Shown piece after piece: positions 1 through 10,431 of a DNA stretch of 39,162 nucleotides (position 1 is the first letter of the stretch; the number at the start of each line of letters is the position of its first letter). The translations under genes and the position numbers were made by a program. This stretch comes from Candidatus Desantisbacteria bacterium CG1_02_49_89. GTDB taxonomy: Bacteria; Desantisbacteria; UBA1551. The DNA lies in the NCBI GenBank assembly GCA_001871075.1, contig MNUP01000075.1, forward strand, positions 1-39,162, read 5' to 3'. The notes under the pieces are model-generated. The model ran no database searches. It had not been told where the DNA came from and was given only the letters and a program-made list of their open reading frames with translations.

Positions 1-546
<546 letters not shown>

Positions 547-622
547 GCTTGCAATTTGTAGTCAAAAAAATCAAAAAGGAAAATTTTTCATTTTTAATTT
601 TATGTTACTAATTGAATACAAT

Positions 623-742
623 GTCCCAGTGATGATAGCGAAGGTGACACACCCGTTCCCATTCCGAATACGGAAGTTAAGCCCTTCAGCGCCGATGGTA
701 CCTCCCTGGAAGCGGGGTGGGAGAGTAGGACATTGCTGGGAC
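623..742 (+). rRNA. rrf: 5S rRNA
   Basis: CACCCGTTCCCATTCCGAATACGGAAGTTAAG, GCCGATGGTAC and GGGAGAGTAGG motifs; terminal stem GTCCCAG/CTGGGAC. Confidence 0.97.
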
Positions 743-809
743 TTTTTCTTATTTTATATATAATAAATAGTAAAGTAATTAAATAGATATATGAGTATTT
801 GAGGTATAT

Positions 810-1556
810 ATGTCGGGACATTCCAAGTGGGCCAGTATAAAACACAAGAAAGCCGATCTTGATGCCCAGCGCGGCAAGGCATTCACAAAGATCATCAAGG
901 AGATCGTCACGGCGGCAAGGCAGAGCGGGGGAAACCCCGATAGCAATCCAAGGCTCCGGCAGGCTATTGCGGATGCGAGAGAGAACAACATGCCCTCCGA
1001 AAACGTGAAAAAAGCTATTCAAAGGGGAACAGGCGAGCTTCCGGGGATCTCGTACGAAGAATCGGTTTTTGAGGGTTACGGCCCGAATGGAGTGGCCGTA
1101 ATGGTCAAGGTGCTTACTGATAACAAGAACCGTGCAACTTCAGAGGTACGCAAGATATTCATGCGCAACGGCGGTAACCTTGGGGAAGCAGGTTGCGTGA
1201 ACTGGATTTTTTCGCAGAAAGGCCTTATTTACATAAGTAAAAAGAGAGTTACCGAAGAAGACCTGATGACGATCGCGATCGAAAACGGCGCGGAAGACGT
1301 GCAGGCAGACGATAAGGAGATGTACCATATAATAACGGAAACAAAAGATCTGGAGAAGATAAAAAAATCATTTGAAAAAATAGGCACGGATAAAGCCGAG
1401 GTTACCATGATCCCTTCAAGCTACGTAAAGCTGGAAGGCGGAAAAGCCGAGCAGATGATCAGGATGATGAACGAGCTGGACGAACAGGATGACGTGCAGG
1501 AAGTATTTGCTAATTTTGATATCCCTGACGAAATATTCGAGAAGGCGATGCCCTGA
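810..1556 (+). CDS. yebC: YebC/PmpR family protein
   Basis: MSGHSKWASIKHKK N-terminus, EGYGPNG, DDVQEVFAN; SD GAGGT; upstream of ruvC. Confidence 0.96.
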   Translation: MSGHSKWASIKHKKADLDAQRGKAFTKIIKEIVTAARQSGGNPDSNPRLRQAIADARENNMPSENVKKAIQRGTGELPGISYEESVFEGYGPNGVAVMVKVLTDNKNRATSEVRKIFMRNGGNLGEAGCVNWIFSQKGLIYISKKRVTEEDLMTIAIENGAEDVQADDKEMYHIITETKDLEKIKKSFEKIGTDKAEVTMIPSSYVKLEGGKAEQMIRMMNELDEQDDVQEVFANFDIPDEIFEKAMP

Positions 1557-2041
1557 TGGTGGTACTTGGTTTTGATCCAGGCATAGCAAGAACCGGATAC
1601 GGTATTATAGAAAGCAATGGAAGCCTGAAGGTCCTTGGTTACGGAACCATAGAAACCAAACCGGGGGATCCATTCCACCGGCGTATCCTGAATCTTTGCA
1701 GGCAGGCTGAAGAGCTTGTAAATAATCACAAGCCCGACATAGCAGTTATAGAGAAGGTCTTTTTCAACAAGAACATCAAGACAGCGATAATTACGGGAGA
1801 AGTTATAGGAGCGATCATCCTGACCTGCGCAAGACTTTCGATAGACGTAGTGGAATACACCCCCCTGCAGATAAAACAGGCTATCGTCGGCTACGGGCGT
1901 GCGGAAAAGGTCCAGGTGCAGAAAATGCTGCAATTGCTTCTGGGATTGGAAGAGATACCCAGGTCAGATGATGCGGCGGACGCTCTCGCAGCCGCGCTTA
2001 CGCATATCAATTTGACAAAGTATGATAAATTAATAAAATAG
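1556..2041 (+). CDS. ruvC: Holliday junction resolvase RuvC
   Basis: LGFDPGIARTGYG, IEKVFF, GYGRAEKVQV, DDAADALA motifs. Confidence 0.96.
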   Translation: MVVLGFDPGIARTGYGIIESNGSLKVLGYGTIETKPGDPFHRRILNLCRQAEELVNNHKPDIAVIEKVFFNKNIKTAIITGEVIGAIILTCARLSIDVVEYTPLQIKQAIVGYGRAEKVQVQKMLQLLLGLEEIPRSDDAADALAAALTHINLTKYDKLIK

Positions 2042-2051
2042 CGGGAATTAA

Positions 2052-2633
2052 ATGCTGGATTATATATCAGGGAAGCTTGTTTTTAAATCGCAGAAATACG
2101 CGGTTATTGACGTTCACGGATTAGGATTCCAGGTATTCGTGCCTCTTTCCACGTATAGTAGGCTGCCTGAAACAGGAAGCAATATCAAGCTTTCGGTTTA
2201 CATGCAAGTAAAAGAAGACGGTTTTGCGCTGTATGGATTCCTGACAGAGACCGAGATCGAGGCGTTCAAAGCGCTTATAACGGTTTCAGGGGTCGGGCCA
2301 AGGGTTGCCACCAGCATCCTTTCCGAATTATCAGCAGGCGAGCTTAAATCAGCGGTGCTTGACGAGAACTTGAAACTGCTCACTTCCATACCGGGCATAG
2401 GGAAGAAGATAGCGCAGAGGATAATCCTTGAAGCAAGGGAAAAAATAGGCGGAATGCCCGTTGAGGGCAAAGCAAGCGCAAGGGAAGTGTTGAATGACGC
2501 GGTTTCCGCTCTTGAGTCCCTGGGTTACTCACTGAATACGGCAAAAGAAGCGGTTGAAAAAGCCGCGAAGGCATTCCGGGGAGAACTCGATCTTGAAAAA
2601 TTGATAAGGAGATCCCTTGAAATCCTGAGGTGA
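2052..2633 (+). CDS. ruvA: Holliday junction branch migration protein RuvA
   Basis: [13 protein letters not shown] and [12 protein letters not shown] HhH motifs; C-terminal ALESLGY. Confidence 0.96.
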   Translation: MLDYISGKLVFKSQKYAVIDVHGLGFQVFVPLSTYSRLPETGSNIKLSVYMQVKEDGFALYGFLTETEIEAFKALITVSGVGPRVATSILSELSAGELKSAVLDENLKLLTSIPGIGKKIAQRIILEAREKIGGMPVEGKASAREVLNDAVSALESLGYSLNTAKEAVEKAAKAFRGELDLEKLIRRSLEILR

Positions 2634-3661
2634 CAAGGATGAAAGAAAAGAACATCACAAGCCCCAGGGCTAAAAAGGAAGAAGCCGAGATAGAAAATAA
2701 GCTCAGGCCTTCCACTTTCGGTGAATTCACGGGACAGGAAAAGATCAAGAACAGCCTATCAATTTTTATAGAAGCCGCAAAAAACAGGAATGAGCCCGTG
2801 GACCATATTTTGCTGTCCGGTCCGCCGGGACTGGGTAAAACAACCCTGGCGCATATAATCGCGAATACCGTAGGCAGGCCGATACGAAGCACAACAGGCC
2901 CTGCCATTGAAAAAACCGGCGATCTTGCCGCAATACTTACAGGTCTGGGTAAGGGCGACATTCTTTTTATTGATGAAATTCACAGGCTTCCTGTGGCAGT
3001 TGAGGAAATGCTTTATCCCGCGATGGAAGATTACAGCCTGGATATCATAATAGGCAAGGGGCCAGGCGCCAGGTCGGTTAAGCTGAACCTGCCGCGTTTT
3101 ACACTTATTGGCGCGACAACAAGATCAGGCCTTCTGACATCACCGCTGCGCGAAAGGTTCGGTATAGTGAACCGCCTGGGATTTTATCCCGAAAGCGACC
3201 TGCTGAAGATAACCATACGCTCGGCGGCAATACTGAATATTGAGATAGAAGAAAGCGCAGCAAAGGAAATAGCGGGGCGCTCCCGGGGAACGCCCAGGAT
3301 AGCGAACAGGTTACTAAGGCGGATACGCGATTACGCGCAGGTTAAATCGGCCGGCCGCATCAGCAGCGAGGTATGCCTGGAAGCCCTTGATATGCTCGAT
3401 GTGGACAAACTCGGCCTGGACGAGATGGACCGAAGCATCATGCTGACGATACTTGAGAAATTCAGCGGCGGTCCAGTGGGCCTGGAAAGCCTGGCAGTGG
3501 CGGTAAACGAGGAATCCGACACGATCGCCGATGTTTACGAGCCTTTTCTGATACAGATAGGTTTTATAAACCGGACCCCGCGCGGAAGGGAAGCAACCAG
3601 AACCGCTTTTGATTACTTCCGCGGGCGAGGGTCTTTGCCGGCAAATTGCGAAAAAGGATAG
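2630..3661 (+). CDS. ruvB: Holliday junction DNA helicase RuvB
   Basis: [12 protein letters not shown], Walker [37 protein letters not shown]. Confidence 0.98.
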   Translation: MTRMKEKNITSPRAKKEEAEIENKLRPSTFGEFTGQEKIKNSLSIFIEAAKNRNEPVDHILLSGPPGLGKTTLAHIIANTVGRPIRSTTGPAIEKTGDLAAILTGLGKGDILFIDEIHRLPVAVEEMLYPAMEDYSLDIIIGKGPGARSVKLNLPRFTLIGATTRSGLLTSPLRERFGIVNRLGFYPESDLLKITIRSAAILNIEIEESAAKEIAGRSRGTPRIANRLLRRIRDYAQVKSAGRISSEVCLEALDMLDVDKLGLDEMDRSIMLTILEKFSGGPVGLESLAVAVNEESDTIADVYEPFLIQIGFINRTPRGREATRTAFDYFRGRGSLPANCEKG

Positions 3662-3728
3662 ATAAAATAGCTCAATAGCAGCGGATCAGGACAGCAACAA
3701 AAGAAGGATCATGACGGGAGGTACAAGA

Positions 3729-4001
3729 ATGGCAGAAGAAGAGATGGAGATAGACAACGAGGAACAGCCGCCGGTTGACAAAACAATATCTGTCAGCGAG
3801 TTCCGTACCATCAGGAAGGGGAAAAGATGGTGGTCAGCGGTTGCCCTGGTTAAAAGCTTCGGCCGCAACCAGGTAGCTTTTTACCTGTGGCAGAGAAAGA
3901 ACGACAGGTGGGCAAGGAAGCAGAAATTCGTCATACACAACAGGGGTCAGTGGGAGACAATCCTCAACAGCGTTGAGGAATTTCTTCCCGAACTTAAATG
4001 A
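3729..4001 (+). CDS. Hypothetical protein, Trp/Lys/Arg-rich, possibly PC4-like nucleic-acid-binding fold
   Basis: SD GGAGGT before ATG 3729; stop overlaps the queH start (ATGA-type coupling region); fold is inference only. Confidence 0.75.
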   Translation: MAEEEMEIDNEEQPPVDKTISVSEFRTIRKGKRWWSAVALVKSFGRNQVAFYLWQRKNDRWARKQKFVIHNRGQWETILNSVEEFLPELK

Positions 4002-4540
4002 ACCGTGTACTGCTTCATGTTTGCTGCGGAAACTGCGCCTGTTTTCCTTTAGAGGTGCTGAAGGAAAAGGGATATTCGGTTACTGCTTTCTGGTATAATC
4101 CCAACATCCATCCCCTAAGCGAATACCGCAAGAGGATGGATGCTTTCCTTGCTTTCACTGACAGCCAGGGGATTGAAGCGATCCGCGACGAGTCCTATTC
4201 TGTCAGGGAATTTATAGGGAATCTTGGCGGTGAGCTGGCTTTCCCGAAGAGATGCGCGGCATGCTGGGCTCTGCGGCTCAGGGAAACCGCAAAAACGGCA
4301 AAGGAACGGGGTTTCGGCAGTTTTACCACAACCCTTTTATACAGCATTTATCAGGATAACGGTTTGATCAGGAAAATAGGCGAGGAGACGGCGGGGGAAT
4401 ATGGTCTGGAATTTTATTATTCCGATTTCCGCAGCGGCTGGCAGAAAGGGATAGATATTTCAAAGAAACTCGGGTTATACCGCCAGAATTACTGCGGCTG
4501 CATTTTCAGCGAGGAAGAAAGAAACCTGAAACACAGATGA
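3998..4540 (+). CDS. queH: Epoxyqueuosine reductase QueH (DUF208)
   Basis: LLHVCCGNC, WYNPNIHP, RCAACW, FTTTLL, YRQNYCGCIFS. Confidence 0.93.
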   Translation: MNRVLLHVCCGNCACFPLEVLKEKGYSVTAFWYNPNIHPLSEYRKRMDAFLAFTDSQGIEAIRDESYSVREFIGNLGGELAFPKRCAACWALRLRETAKTAKERGFGSFTTTLLYSIYQDNGLIRKIGEETAGEYGLEFYYSDFRSGWQKGIDISKKLGLYRQNYCGCIFSEEERNLKHR

Positions 4541-4758
4541 ACTTTAATGCACTGGGACGCACATTTATCATACTTGGGGTCCTGCTGGCGATACTCGGGT
4601 TCGCTTTAGTTGTCATGCACCGTATGCCAGGAACAGGTAAACTGCCCGGTGACATATACATCCAGAAGAAAAATTTCAGCTTTTTCTTTCCTGTAACAAC
4701 CTGCCTGATAATCAGCGCCGCCATTTCCCTTCTGATAAACCTTCTTGGGAAAAAGTAA
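4537..4758 (+). CDS. DUF2905 family small membrane protein
   Basis: GKLPGDI and FFFPVTTCLIIS motifs; usual ruvB-queA neighbourhood. Confidence 0.88.
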   Translation: MNFNALGRTFIILGVLLAILGFALVVMHRMPGTGKLPGDIYIQKKNFSFFFPVTTCLIISAAISLLINLLGKK

Positions 4759-4760
4759 TA

Positions 4761-5927
4761 ATGAAGTCACATCGTATTTCACTACTGTTCACATTTCTTG
4801 TTTCGTTTTCCTTGAGCTGCCCGGCGTACGAACTTGTAAGGGTAAGACTGCTGACGGGACAGCAAAGCGTGAATATATTATGCGCTGAAACGACTTCTCT
4901 CTACGACCCATCCACGGCCCAGGATATTGCGGTAACGCCTTCTTTCGCGGAATATTCGATCACTCCTTCGGACCAGGGCCTCAGGCTTATACAGACAAGC
5001 ATCGATGGCGGAGGTTTTTCCTTTAACCTGCCGTATGAGGTGGTAATTGAGCCCAGGGGTAACGGGACAGTGTCCGTAAACGGACGAGAATACCGCGGAA
5101 GCATTTTTATAAAACTGAAAAACGGCGGCGTTCAGCTGCTTGATGTAATAAACATTATTTCTATCGATGATTATGTCAGGGGAACGGTAAAAGTGGAAAT
5201 ATCGCCGGACTGGCCCGAAGAGATGATCAAGGCACACGTTGTGGCAGCCAGGACTTATGTTTTTTACCAGATGCAGAACAGGGCCGAGCTTGATTTTGAC
5301 GTGGAATCCGGTATAATGTCCCAGGTCTACTGGGGCGTTAACGGAGAAGACAGCGCTTCAAACCGGCTGGTATCCGAAACGGCCGGAGAATACCTGGTTT
5401 ACAGGGATGCGGTCGCGCAGGTGTTTTACCATTCCTGCTGCGGCGGCTACACTGAAGACTCAATGGATGTATGGGGCATTTCAATCCCGTATATCACTAA
5501 TGTCAGATGTCCGTTTTGCAGGAACAGCCCCAGGTACAGTTGGGAAAAGAAATTCAGCACCGGTCAGATCCAGGAAGCTTTGAAAAAAAATGGTATCGAC
5601 ATAGGCAAGATACTGGGGATCTACCTGCTTAAAAAGTCAAGAACCGAAAGGGTGCAGGAGCTTTCAATAAAGGGCGCCGGCGGGGAAAAAAAAATGAGCG
5701 GTGACAGCTTCCGCAGGATCATGGGATATTCTGTCATTCCCAGCACAATGTTCACGGTTGAGCAGAAGGTCAGGGACGAATTGATCTTCAGGGGCAGGGG
5801 ATACGGTCATGGCGTCGGGCTGTGCCAGTGGGGCGCAAAGGAAATGGCGGTAAACGGATACGATTACAAGGAGATCCTGAAATTCTATTTTCCCGGAACA
5901 AAAGTCAAGAAACTTACGAATGATTAG
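4761..5927 (+). CDS. SpoIID/LytB-domain lytic transglycosylase-like protein
   Basis: Signal peptide, YRGSI, KAHVVAARTY, YHSCCGGYT, GRGYGHGVGLCQWGA, ILKFYFPG. Confidence 0.92.
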   Translation: MKSHRISLLFTFLVSFSLSCPAYELVRVRLLTGQQSVNILCAETTSLYDPSTAQDIAVTPSFAEYSITPSDQGLRLIQTSIDGGGFSFNLPYEVVIEPRGNGTVSVNGREYRGSIFIKLKNGGVQLLDVINIISIDDYVRGTVKVEISPDWPEEMIKAHVVAARTYVFYQMQNRAELDFDVESGIMSQVYWGVNGEDSASNRLVSETAGEYLVYRDAVAQVFYHSCCGGYTEDSMDVWGISIPYITNVRCPFCRNSPRYSWEKKFSTGQIQEALKKNGIDIGKILGIYLLKKSRTERVQELSIKGAGGEKKMSGDSFRRIMGYSVIPSTMFTVEQKVRDELIFRGRGYGHGVGLCQWGAKEMAVNGYDYKEILKFYFPGTKVKKLTND

Positions 5928-5969
5928 TGGCCAGTTACCAACCAGCTACTAATGCCGGCACACTACATA

Positions 5970-6992
5970 ATGGATAAAAAAGATTTTGATTACAACCTAC
6001 CTAAGGAATCTATAGCGCAGGAACCGGCCTCAGAAAGGACCGGATCAAAGCTGATGGTCCTTCATATCTGCAACAAAAAAATAGAACACCGCAGTTTCAG
6101 GGATCTGTCCGAATACCTGAACGCGGGCGATGCCCTTGTTTTCAATAATACCAAGGTCATACCTGCAAGGATCAGGGGCACTAAAAAAGACGGACAGAAA
6201 ATAGAGATACTCCTGGTCCGCGAGATCAGCAGGAACGCATGGGATGTCCTTGTCAGGCCCAGAAAAAAAGTATCTGAAGGCGATGTAATTTATTTTCAGG
6301 GAAAGTTAACAGGTAGAATAAGGGAGCTAAACCCCGTAAGAAGCATAGTCGAGTTTGATTCAAAAGACGATCTCATCAATATCCTTGATGAGATCGGAGA
6401 AATGCCGCTGCCGCCATACATAAAACGTCCTTATTCCGTTTCGGACAAGAGCAGGTACCAGACTGTCTACGCTGAAAAGGAAGGAGCGATCGCAGCTCCG
6501 ACAGCCGGCCTGCATTTTTCAAATGAGTTCATGCGCTCTCTGAGCGCCAAAGGGGTAGAGACCCTTCCCCTGACGCTTCATATAGGCCTGGGTTCGTTCA
6601 TCCCCGTGAGGGAAGAAGACGTTACCCGGCACAAAATGGGCGCGGAGCATTTCACTATACCAGAAGATATATATGCGAATATATTGAACCGCCGTAAAGA
6701 AGGCAGAAGGATAGTCGCTGTCGGCACGTCCACTGTCCGGGCTCTTGAAACAGCGTTTTCAATCCCGGGTTTTAAAGGCGGGAACGCAATTGCCGGCATT
6801 TTTATCTATCCGGGTTTCAATTTCAGGGTAGTTGACTCCATGGTAACAAATTTTCATATGCCTATGTCCACACCCCTTTTGCTGACATGCGCTTTTGGAG
6901 GAAGGGAACTTATACTGAAGGCATACAGGGAAGCCGTGGAAAAGGGATACCGTTTCCTGAGTTACGGGGATTCGATGGCTATCTTTTCTTGA
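5970..6992 (+). CDS. queA: SAM:tRNA ribosyltransferase-isomerase QueA
   Basis: DFDYNLP..IAQEP, NNTKVIPAR, PLPPYI, YQTVYA, AAPTAGLHF, YRFLSYGD. Alternative start 5952. Confidence 0.96.
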   Translation: MDKKDFDYNLPKESIAQEPASERTGSKLMVLHICNKKIEHRSFRDLSEYLNAGDALVFNNTKVIPARIRGTKKDGQKIEILLVREISRNAWDVLVRPRKKVSEGDVIYFQGKLTGRIRELNPVRSIVEFDSKDDLINILDEIGEMPLPPYIKRPYSVSDKSRYQTVYAEKEGAIAAPTAGLHFSNEFMRSLSAKGVETLPLTLHIGLGSFIPVREEDVTRHKMGAEHFTIPEDIYANILNRRKEGRRIVAVGTSTVRALETAFSIPGFKGGNAIAGIFIYPGFNFRVVDSMVTNFHMPMSTPLLLTCAFGGRELILKAYREAVEKGYRFLSYGDSMAIFS

Positions 6993-7101
6993 TCCCCCCT
7001 ACTTTCTTGCGAAAGTAACAGGGGGGACCTACACCCGCCAATATTCGTGGCGGGTTTCGGCACAGGGACCTACGCCCGCCAATAACCGTGGCGGGCTACG
7101 G
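6993..7101. repeat. Hairpin followed by two 37-nt direct repeats, each containing a CCCGCCA-N8-TGGCGGG palindrome
   Basis: Hairpin 6993-7027; repeats at 7024-7060 and 7065-7101. Confidence 0.85.
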
Positions 7102-7169
7102 TCGGGATTAAGCTGCTGGGGTCTGCGTCTCTGGGTTCATAAGTGTGGTTTTTAAGTGTAGTTTTTCCC

Positions 7170-7197
7170 TTGACTTTTTCTTATGTTTTGATATAAT
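7170..7197 (+). promoter_or_regulatory. Putative sigma70 promoter for secG
   Basis: TTGACT-16 nt-TATAAT with an extended -10 TG; SD GGGAGG before ATG 7232. Confidence 0.65.
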
Positions 7198-7231
7198 ATA
7201 GTTTAAAAAATATATTATATGGGAGGATAAC

Positions 7232-7549
7232 ATGCTAATTTTTATTCTGGTATTGTTCATCCTTTCCTGCATAGTGCTGATTTTTTCGGTTATGCTCCAG
7301 ACAGGCCACGGAGGAATTGGGGACGTTTTCGGAGGCAGCGGGGAGCGGGCGCTTTTCGGCGGGACAGGTGCAAAGGGTTTGGTCGTCAAGATCACTATAA
7401 TTTCGGCGGTTGTGTTTTTTGCAACATCCCTGATCCTATCAGTGCTGTATTCAAGGCAGGGCAGGGTTAGCACCGCACCTCAGGTTCCGGTCGAGCAGCC
7501 GGTTGCGCATGTTGGCGGTTCAACGACTGCAATACCGCAGGGTCAGTAG
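7232..7549 (+). CDS. secG: Preprotein translocase subunit SecG
   Basis: Two TM helices separated by LQTGHGGIGDVFGG..LFGG. Confidence 0.9.
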   Translation: MLIFILVLFILSCIVLIFSVMLQTGHGGIGDVFGGSGERALFGGTGAKGLVVKITIISAVVFFATSLILSVLYSRQGRVSTAPQVPVEQPVAHVGGSTTAIPQGQ

Positions 7550-7556
7550 TGTCTAA

Positions 7557-9194
7557 ATGAGACTCAAGAAAAGGGCCAAAACAAAAGGGACCTGTATTCT
7601 TTTTCTTTGCCTGTTTTTAGCAGGAGGATGCGCAAAAAAAACAGTCAGGGATTCATCCGAAGAAGCAGGGGCGTTTTCATACGGCGATGCGCTGGTTACG
7701 CCTTCCATAGCGGACGCGATCCAGTTAAACCCTGTTCTTTGCGCGGACAGTTCTTCCGGGGATATTGTGGGCCTTTTGTTCAACGGGCTTGTGAAATATG
7801 ATAAAGACATAAAGCTTACCGGTGATCTCGCCCAGTCCTGGAAGGTTACCGAGGGCGGCCTGGTCATAACGTTCTATCTGAGAAAAGGGGTCAGGTGGCA
7901 TGACGGCAGGGAATTCACCAGCGAAGACGTTAAATTCACTTACGAGCGCCTTATCGACCCAAAGGTAAAGACGCCTTTTTCAAGCGATTTTGAAAGAGTA
8001 AAAAGCCTGGAAACACCGGATAAATACACGGTGGTGGTCACATACAAGGAGCCGTTTGCCCCGGGGCTTGCAAGCTGGGGCATGGGGATCGTTCCGAAGC
8101 ATCTTTTTGAAAAAGGCGATTTTAACACGAATCCATGCAACAGGCGCCCCGTAGGCACAGGGCCCTATATTTTTAAAAAATGGGTTACGGATGAAAAAAT
8201 AGAGCTTGAGGCAAATCCTGATTATTTTGAGGGGAAGCCGTTTATCTCTAAATACATATACAGGATAATATCCGACCAGAGCGTTCAGCTTTCAGAGCTT
8301 GAGAAAGGCACTGTTGACTACATGGGGTTGAACTCCTTTCAATATTCGACCGAGAGCCGGACCCTGCCGGAAAAATACCAGATAAACGTTTTCCGCTATC
8401 CCTCGATCAATTCCTACACCTATCTTGGTTACAATATCGAGAGCCCTTTTTTCAAAGATGTGAAAGTAAGGCAGGCCCTTGCCTGCGCGATAAATAAGAA
8501 GGATATGATCAAGGGCGTTATACAGGGATTTGGAAAGCCGATCACGGGTCCTTACCCGCCCGCGTTCTGGGCTTACAACAACCAGGCAAGGGAATACGCG
8601 TATAATCCTGACAAAGCCCGCAGGGCGCTGGAATCCCTGGGATGGAAGGATAGTGACGGTGACGGCATCCTGGAGAAAAACGGGATCCCTTTCAGGTTCA
8701 CGCTTATAACCAACCAGGGCAATAAAGAAAGAGAATTGTGCGCGACCATCATACAGGAAGATTTCAAAAAGATCGGCATAGATGTCAGCATCAGGATACT
8801 TGAGTGGAGCACCTTCCTGCAGGAATACGTCAATAAAAAGAAATTTGACGCCCTTATACTCGGGTGGAACCTGAGCCTGGACCCGGACCAGTATTCGATG
8901 TGGCATTCAAGCCAGATCGAGAAAGGGTATAACTTCGTATCTTATAAAAACAAGGAAGTCGACAGGCTTCTTGAAGAAGGCAGGAAAATATTCGATCAGG
9001 GAAAAAGAAAAAAGATCTATAACAGGATCCATGCTGTTCTGGCGGAAGAGCAGCCCTACAGCTTTCTGTATGTCAGGGATTCATTCCCGGTCATCCATAA
9101 AAGGTTCAGGGGCATTAAGGTCGAACCTGCGGGCATAGAATATAATTTCGTAAAGTGGTACGTGCCCAGATCTGAGCAGAGGTACGCTCAGTAG
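7557..9194 (+). CDS. ABC transporter peptide/nickel-binding lipoprotein (family 5, AppA-like)
   Basis: Lipobox-like LAGGC, LRKGVRWHDG, PVGTGPY, VRQAL, DGDGILEK. Confidence 0.92.
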   Translation: MRLKKRAKTKGTCILFLCLFLAGGCAKKTVRDSSEEAGAFSYGDALVTPSIADAIQLNPVLCADSSSGDIVGLLFNGLVKYDKDIKLTGDLAQSWKVTEGGLVITFYLRKGVRWHDGREFTSEDVKFTYERLIDPKVKTPFSSDFERVKSLETPDKYTVVVTYKEPFAPGLASWGMGIVPKHLFEKGDFNTNPCNRRPVGTGPYIFKKWVTDEKIELEANPDYFEGKPFISKYIYRIISDQSVQLSELEKGTVDYMGLNSFQYSTESRTLPEKYQINVFRYPSINSYTYLGYNIESPFFKDVKVRQALACAINKKDMIKGVIQGFGKPITGPYPPAFWAYNNQAREYAYNPDKARRALESLGWKDSDGDGILEKNGIPFRFTLITNQGNKERELCATIIQEDFKKIGIDVSIRILEWSTFLQEYVNKKKFDALILGWNLSLDPDQYSMWHSSQIEKGYNFVSYKNKEVDRLLEEGRKIFDQGKRKKIYNRIHAVLAEEQPYSFLYVRDSFPVIHKRFRGIKVEPAGIEYNFVKWYVPRSEQRYAQ

Positions 9195-9203
9195 GAGAGT
9201 TTT

Positions 9204-10421
9204 ATTTCAGAAAAGGCCGTTATTATCGGGTTGAAAGGACCGGGCAAAGACCTGGAAGAGATCAGGCGTCTTGTAAATTCTGCGGGAGCCTCAATAGCAA
9301 AGGAATTCACGCAGAGCAGGAGAAGAATAGATTCCGCGTATTACGTGGGCAAGGGCAAAGCCCATGAAGCCGCGGCCTTCGCCAGCGGCACAGGATGCAA
9401 TCTTATTATCTTTGATGGCGAGCTTTCCCCGGCTCAGCAGAGAAATCTTGAAGGCGTCTTTGACATGAAGGTCATAGACCGCACACAGCTTATCCTGGAT
9501 ATTTTCGCTCAAAGGGCAAGGACCAGTGAAGGCAAGCTGCAGGTTGAGCTTGCGCAGCTTTCCCACCTTCTCCCGAGGCTTACAGGGCGCGGGGTTGAGC
9601 TTTCCCAGCTTGCGGGAGGCATCGGTACAAGGGGCCCGGGAGAAACCAAGCTTGAATACGACCGCAGGCGCATCAGGAAAAAGATCAACATTCTTCAAAA
9701 AGAAACAGAAAAGATAAGAGAAAGGCGCGCCGCACAGCGCGATAGCAGGCAGTTTCCCGTAATATCGCTTGTCGGATACACGAATGCCGGGAAAAGCACG
9801 CTCCTGAATACGCTCACGAATTCCAGCGTGCTTGTGGATGACAGGCTCTTCGCAACACTTGATCCCACTACAAGAAAGATCCGGCTTCCCATACACCAGG
9901 ACGTGCTCTTATCGGACACCGTGGGATTCATACGCAAGTTGCCTCACCAGCTGATTGTCGCGTTCCGGGCAACGCTGGAAGAAATAAAGGAGGCAGACCT
10001 TCTCCTGCACGTTGTTGACGTAAGTTCGCCCGAGATGGAAAACGAGATGCACGCTGTCAGCACCGTGCTTGAAGAGATCGGGGCGGTTTCACAACCGGTC
10101 ATAACTGTTTTCAACAAGACAGACAAGTGCGGTTCGCGGGAAGCCGTAGAACGGTTGCTGCGCATCGTGCCTGACAGCGTAGCGGTATCCGCGCTTACCG
10201 GAAAAGGGCTCGATATTCTGCTTGACAGGATTATCCATTTCTTCAGCGGCAGGCGGACTCATGTAAAATTTTCCATCCCGTACGATACAGGTATAAAGTT
10301 CCTGCCGGTTTTTTTCGCCAGGGGGGAGATACTGAAAAAGGAATTCGTGAACGGGAGGATAATTATAGAAGGGATTATTGATAATGAAATAGCGAAGAAA
10401 TTTGAACGATACAGAATCTAA
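9204..10421 (+). CDS. hflX: GTPase HflX (probable ATT start at 9204; first conventional start is TTG 9231)
   Basis: DRTQLILDIFAQRA, GIGTRGPGETKLE, GYTNAGKST, LFATLD, DTVGF, NKTD. Confidence 0.95.
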   Translation: MSEKAVIIGLKGPGKDLEEIRRLVNSAGASIAKEFTQSRRRIDSAYYVGKGKAHEAAAFASGTGCNLIIFDGELSPAQQRNLEGVFDMKVIDRTQLILDIFAQRARTSEGKLQVELAQLSHLLPRLTGRGVELSQLAGGIGTRGPGETKLEYDRRRIRKKINILQKETEKIRERRAAQRDSRQFPVISLVGYTNAGKSTLLNTLTNSSVLVDDRLFATLDPTTRKIRLPIHQDVLLSDTVGFIRKLPHQLIVAFRATLEEIKEADLLLHVVDVSSPEMENEMHAVSTVLEEIGAVSQPVITVFNKTDKCGSREAVERLLRIVPDSVAVSALTGKGLDILLDRIIHFFSGRRTHVKFSIPYDTGIKFLPVFFARGEILKKEFVNGRIIIEGIIDNEIAKKFERYRI

Positions 10422-10431
10422 CGGAGGAGCC

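Noticed and set aside
560-605. Weak A/T heptamer-like periodicity in the 23S-5S spacer
   Set aside because: Low complexity; cannot be distinguished from an ordinary AT-rich spacer.
5928-5951. Possible degenerate heptamers between spoIID and queA
   Set aside because: Three poorly matching units; not convincing.
7024-7101. 37-nt palindromic direct repeats as a CRISPR array
   Set aside because: Only two imperfect copies 4 nt apart, with no spacers and no cas genes.
7557-10421. Stop-codon read-through fusion of the peptide-binding lipoprotein and HflX (same frame, single TAG)
   Set aside because: An exported lipoprotein fused to a cytoplasmic GTPase is implausible; TAG is a normal stop elsewhere in the window; an SD plus ATT explains the layout.
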